Shown one piece after another: positions 60,040-64,000 of a DNA stretch of 64,000 nucleotides. The stretch's first letter is position 1; the number at the start of each line of letters is the position of its first letter. The position numbers were made by a program, and so were the translations under genes. The stretch is from Eledone cirrhosa (Eukaryota), in NCBI GenBank assembly GCA_964016885.1, contig OZ024759.1, positions 15,252,001 to 15,316,000 on the forward strand. The letters are read 5' to 3'. The notes under the pieces were generated by a model. It made no database searches. It was given only the letters and a program-made list of their open reading frames with translations, and had not been told where the DNA came from.

Positions 60040-60255
60040 TTTCTTCTCTCTCTCTCTCTCTCTCTCTCACTCTCGTCCCTCTCACCCACTCTCTCGCTCG
60101 CTCACTCTCACTTACTCTCTCATACCCACTCTCTTTAAATCTCTCTCGCTCACTCTCTCTTACTCGCTCCCTCTCGCTCGCACTCTCTCTCTCTCAATCA
60201 CCCTCTCTCGCTCCCTCACCCTCTCTCGCTCGCTCCCTCTATCTATCTATCTTTC
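60040..60255. repeat. CT-rich simple repeat (resumes at 63073-63520)
   Basis: Direct reading; flanks the Tx1 element on both sides. Confidence 0.9.
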
Positions 60256-60261
60256 AACCTC

Positions 60262-63070
60262 TTTTTGCCCGCGGATAGGAATAGGAAGGAAAGGGAGCTA
60301 ATAGATAGAGTAGAAGAGGCAATTAGAAGCGGCGACGTGGCCAGAGTGCTAGCGTCGAGAACGGCTTTGAGCCAGTTTTTCGACGCGAAGCACGAAGGCT
60401 GCGTTGTCCGAAGTAAAATACGTGCTCTAGGGAACGAGGGGACCAAAGCTGTTAGCTGGGCCCGCGTGACAGAGGCCAACAGTGGAACTAAATCCACCAT
60501 CCGGTCTTTGCGAGACCTGGATGGACGGGCGATTCTTGAGCCTAAGCAGATGTGTGAGGCCTTTCAAAGGCACTTTGCCCGACTGTTCGGGAGGGGCGGG
60601 GAGCCGGTTGGGAACGTGGACTTCGGTCCATACCTCGACGGCCTGCCGCGCCTCTCGGACAGGGAGGCGAAGTCCTGCGAGGAGCCGATTTCGGCCGCTG
60701 AGATAGAGGACGTGCTGAGCCAATGCGGCAAACGCAAATCCCCGGGTCTCGATGGTCTTCCTTACGAATTATATCTAGCTATGCCGGACTTGTTCCCCGA
60801 TCTCCTCGAGGCGGTCTACTGCAACTGGCAACAGAACGGGAGAATTCCCTGTACTGTGACCAAGGGCGTAGTCACGCTAGTGAGGAAGGACGAGAACAAG
60901 GGGGACGAAATAAGTAACTTCAGGCCCATAACACTGCTAAATACAGAGTTACAGATTTTGGCCAAGGTGCTAGCAAAGAGGTTGGCGCTTGTCGTGGGCA
61001 ACCTGGTGGGAGATGCGCAGACATGCGCTATCCCGTCCAGGTCCATCCATGACAACCTCCACCTCATGCGATACATCATAGAGAGGGTTGGGAACGAACC
61101 CGGCTTTGGTGGGGCTCTGATCAACTTGGATCAATCTAAGGCGTTCGATAGGGTCGACCATGGTTACCTGGATGCGGTGCTAGCGGCGGCAGGCTTCGGA
61201 CCCGTTTTCAGGGGCTGGATCACTGCTATGCACAGCAGCCGCATCTGCTCTAGGGTCAAGGTGAACGGCTACCTCTCGGAGCCGTTCAAAATCGCGCGGT
61301 CCATCCGACAAGGGTGCCCTCTCTCCTCCCTTCTGTATGTATTGACTCTCGAGCCACTACTGCGGAAGTTGGAGTTGTTGCAGGGCATCCCTTTGGAACC
61401 GGGATTGCGGAAAGCGGTGTCGGCCTACGCCGATGACGTGACAGTAATGGTGTCGACGGCCTCCGAAATCGAGGCGGTCGGCACCTTACTGGAGGAGTAC
61501 GAAAAGTTCACAGGGGCTAAGCTGAACCGGGACAAGTCGATCGGTTTGCAACTCGGCACGTGGAGGGGCAGACCGATGCCCTCCGATAGCGTCGTCGGAC
61601 GCTGGACGGAGGGCCCGGTGAAGTTGCTCGGGGTCTGGTTCGGACCGGACCTCCAGGTGGAGAAAAACTGGGCGGAGGTTACGAACAGAGTGTTTGCACT
61701 GACCCAGAAGTGGGCCAGTTGCAAACTATCCCTGAAAGGTCGGGCGGAGGTGGCGAACACCTACATAGCGTCCGTCATCTACTACCGCCTGACCGTAGTG
61801 CCCTGCCCAAGGGAAACCCTCACCAAGATGGAGCGCGCGCTCTTCCAATTCCTTTGGAAGAGGCGGGCTCCTATGGTGAGGAGATCCATCTGCTGTCAAC
61901 ACCCTTCGAAAGGAGGGCTGGGGATGCCGTGGCTAATGATGCGTAAACACGCATTAAGGCTACGGCACCTCTACGTATTCCTCACCGGACAACCGGTGTG
62001 GGCCTCGTTTGTGAGACGAACCTTTCCCAGACTCGTCTCACTCACCGAGCTGCAATCCTGGGTCAAGCAAAGACCGAGAAAACTGGGCGCCTGGCACACT
62101 GAGTGTGCCCAGGCGCTCACCGCCCTCTGGCAGGCGGATCCGGTTATCAGTGGAGACTCCACCGCAACATTCTATAGAGGGCTGGTACGCAGCAGGTGCG
62201 ACGACGCCCTCGGAGAAGCCCTAGACATGGAGGAGGACGAACTGGCCAGCCTTTTCGGTAGGACATTTAGCCCGGGACCTATGGACAACTTCCAGAAGTC
62301 TCTGGCCTGGCAGTGCTACCGAGGGGCTTTACCCGTTCGAGAAAGGCTCTACAGACACGGGCGCCCGGGTAGGGACCCCGCCAAAAAGATCTGTCCCAGA
62401 TGCGTGTGCGACGAGGAAACCGTTGCACACGCATTAGTACACTGCTCGGGCGTAGCCGATCTGTGGGGCTATGTCGAACAACTGCTGTCAAGGGTGGGAC
62501 CGATCCGGTTGACCACCGAGTCTATTGTAATGATCAAGCCGCCTCCCCCCTTCAAAGATGAAGCAGAGGCGGTGTTTCTGTGCGTAATAGCCATGGCGAA
62601 AGAGGTTGTATGGTGGACGCGTCTGAAAGGACTGAGGTCGGGCACCTTTCTCTCTGGCCAACAACTGGTCCGTTTCTTCCGATATCATTTCGGAAGAAGG
62701 ATCAGGATGGAGAGAGAGGTGCTGCACCCCAGCCGTTTCTATGAAAGATGGGTGAAAGTGGCGAGAATGGCCCGTGTGAATGGGCCTTCACTCTACATCA
62801 GACTATAGGTGAGGAAGATGAAAGACCAAGGGAGCACCCCTTCTCTGTGCTCCTGAGGAGAAGGGTTGCACACTTTTTTCGGGGGTGTGTGCGACCCCCC
62901 AAGGCGCCTCCTCTCTATTGAGGATTTTGTTAAAAATTTTATTTTTTGTTATATCTTATTTTATTTTTATATTTTGTTATTGCCTTCTCCTTATTGAGGA
63001 CGCCTTTTTGTGTAAACTCCCCCCTTTGTACTTGTCCCACTTTTGATGCCCTAGTGGCAAATAAAAGAAA
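60262..63070 (+). mobile_element. 5'-truncated L1-group (Tx1-like) non-LTR retrotransposon
   Basis: Open ORF2 remnant; 3' UTR with hairpins and a T-rich tract; AATAAA at about 63059; sits in CT-rich repeat. Confidence 0.93.
60265..62808 (+). CDS. Tx1/L1 ORF2 remnant: RT plus C-terminal zinc finger, APE domain missing
   Basis: 847 open codons: KSPGLDG, NFRPITLLN, LDQSKAFDRVDH, IRQGCPLS, AYADD, LSLKGR, GGLG, CPRC...ETVAHALVHC. No true ATG start. Confidence 0.9.
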   Translation: MPADRNRKERELIDRVEEAIRSGDVARVLASRTALSQFFDAKHEGCVVRSKIRALGNEGTKAVSWARVTEANSGTKSTIRSLRDLDGRAILEPKQMCEAFQRHFARLFGRGGEPVGNVDFGPYLDGLPRLSDREAKSCEEPISAAEIEDVLSQCGKRKSPGLDGLPYELYLAMPDLFPDLLEAVYCNWQQNGRIPCTVTKGVVTLVRKDENKGDEISNFRPITLLNTELQILAKVLAKRLALVVGNLVGDAQTCAIPSRSIHDNLHLMRYIIERVGNEPGFGGALINLDQSKAFDRVDHGYLDAVLAAAGFGPVFRGWITAMHSSRICSRVKVNGYLSEPFKIARSIRQGCPLSSLLYVLTLEPLLRKLELLQGIPLEPGLRKAVSAYADDVTVMVSTASEIEAVGTLLEEYEKFTGAKLNRDKSIGLQLGTWRGRPMPSDSVVGRWTEGPVKLLGVWFGPDLQVEKNWAEVTNRVFALTQKWASCKLSLKGRAEVANTYIASVIYYRLTVVPCPRETLTKMERALFQFLWKRRAPMVRRSICCQHPSKGGLGMPWLMMRKHALRLRHLYVFLTGQPVWASFVRRTFPRLVSLTELQSWVKQRPRKLGAWHTECAQALTALWQADPVISGDSTATFYRGLVRSRCDDALGEALDMEEDELASLFGRTFSPGPMDNFQKSLAWQCYRGALPVRERLYRHGRPGRDPAKKICPRCVCDEETVAHALVHCSGVADLWGYVEQLLSRVGPIRLTTESIVMIKPPPPFKDEAEAVFLCVIAMAKEVVWWTRLKGLRSGTFLSGQQLVRFFRYHFGRRIRMEREVLHPSRFYERWVKVARMARVNGPSLYIRL

Positions 63071-64000
63071 TATATCTATCTCTCTTTCTTCTCCCTCTCT
63101 CTATTCACTTCTCTCTCTCTGTTCCCCCATCTATCAATCTCGCCCTCTTTTCCTCTCTGTCTCACTCTCCTCCTCCCCTCTATCTATCTTCCCCTTCCCT
63201 CTATCTCTTCTTTTTCCCAGTGTTCTCTATCTCTCTTCCCCCCTCTATATGTCTCTCTCTTAATACCTCTCTTCTCTCCTCCTCACTACCCCATCCCTCT
63301 CTAACACCATCTATTTGTCTCCCTCTCTTAATCCGTCTCTCTCTCTCTCTTAATCCCTCTCTTCTCTCCCCATCAATCACTTTCTCCCTTCATCTCTATT
63401 CCTGTCTATCTATCTCCCTCTCTTCCATTTATCTCTCTCGCTTCTCCCTCTCTTCACTCACCCTCCCTCTGTACCAATGTCTATCTATCTACCTCTCTTC
63501 CCTATGAAGCTCTCCCTCTTATTCTCGATATACTGTTTCAGTGATCATCTTAATCTTTACTTCTAACAAGTTTTATTGATTTTCCCATCTATTTCAATTA
63601 GTTTATTATGTCTCCCATTAACTATTTTAGAATACTACTAGCAGAAAAACCGTCCTCAGGGCGGGTTTCTGAAATGTGTGTATATGTGAGTATACAGAGT
63701 ATGTTATACAAATGTATGTAAAATAAAAACAGTACTCCTGTCAAGCAATATATATGAACTTTCACCAAGATATTTCGTATTGCAGTTATTGAATTTAATA
63801 CGACGACATATTTCATTTTGCGGTATATTTGTTTATTATTAAAGTTGGATATATATATAACGCGCACTCCTAGTTCAGTCAGGATACGAGAAACTTAACA
63901 TCCTTTATGTAAAGTGGACAGTAAATCACTTATGGAGCCGCAGAAACCCCAACACTTGACTTTACCATCATTCCAGGGGTCCGGTGAGTATAAAACATTT

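Noticed and set aside
60243-62727. Antisense and alternate-frame ORFs over the Tx1 ORF2 and other TE ORFs
   Set aside because: Shadow ORFs of GC-rich coding sequence with no motifs.

Overview
Gene-free, AT-rich eukaryotic repeat landscape. The very long (TA)n/(TATG)n tracts, the tRNA-SINE and the abundant Penelope debris suggest a coleoid cephalopod such as Octopus; this is an inference. No host protein-coding gene is supported. Mobile elements seen: RLE-type LINE 3' ends, CR1-group and RTE LINE fragments, two mariner-type remnants, a hATm-like transposase relic, a Helitron-like 5' end, two near full-length Naiad-type Penelope-like elements, many minimal hammerhead ribozyme motifs, and a 5'-truncated Tx1/L1 element with an open ORF2 sitting in CT-rich repeat. 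The unexplained part is about 18.9-34.4 kb, a quasi-symmetric block almost free of microsatellites. Its left and right parts share motifs in opposite orientation around a core made of a B-box-like array, four 66-bp tandem palindromes carrying octamers, nested palindromes and a 757-bp near-perfect inverted repeat. The block holds four copies of a GC-rich structured element that looks like an undescribed Pol III small RNA gene family (TATA at fixed spacing, T-run terminator, G-U pairs, exchanged hairpin).
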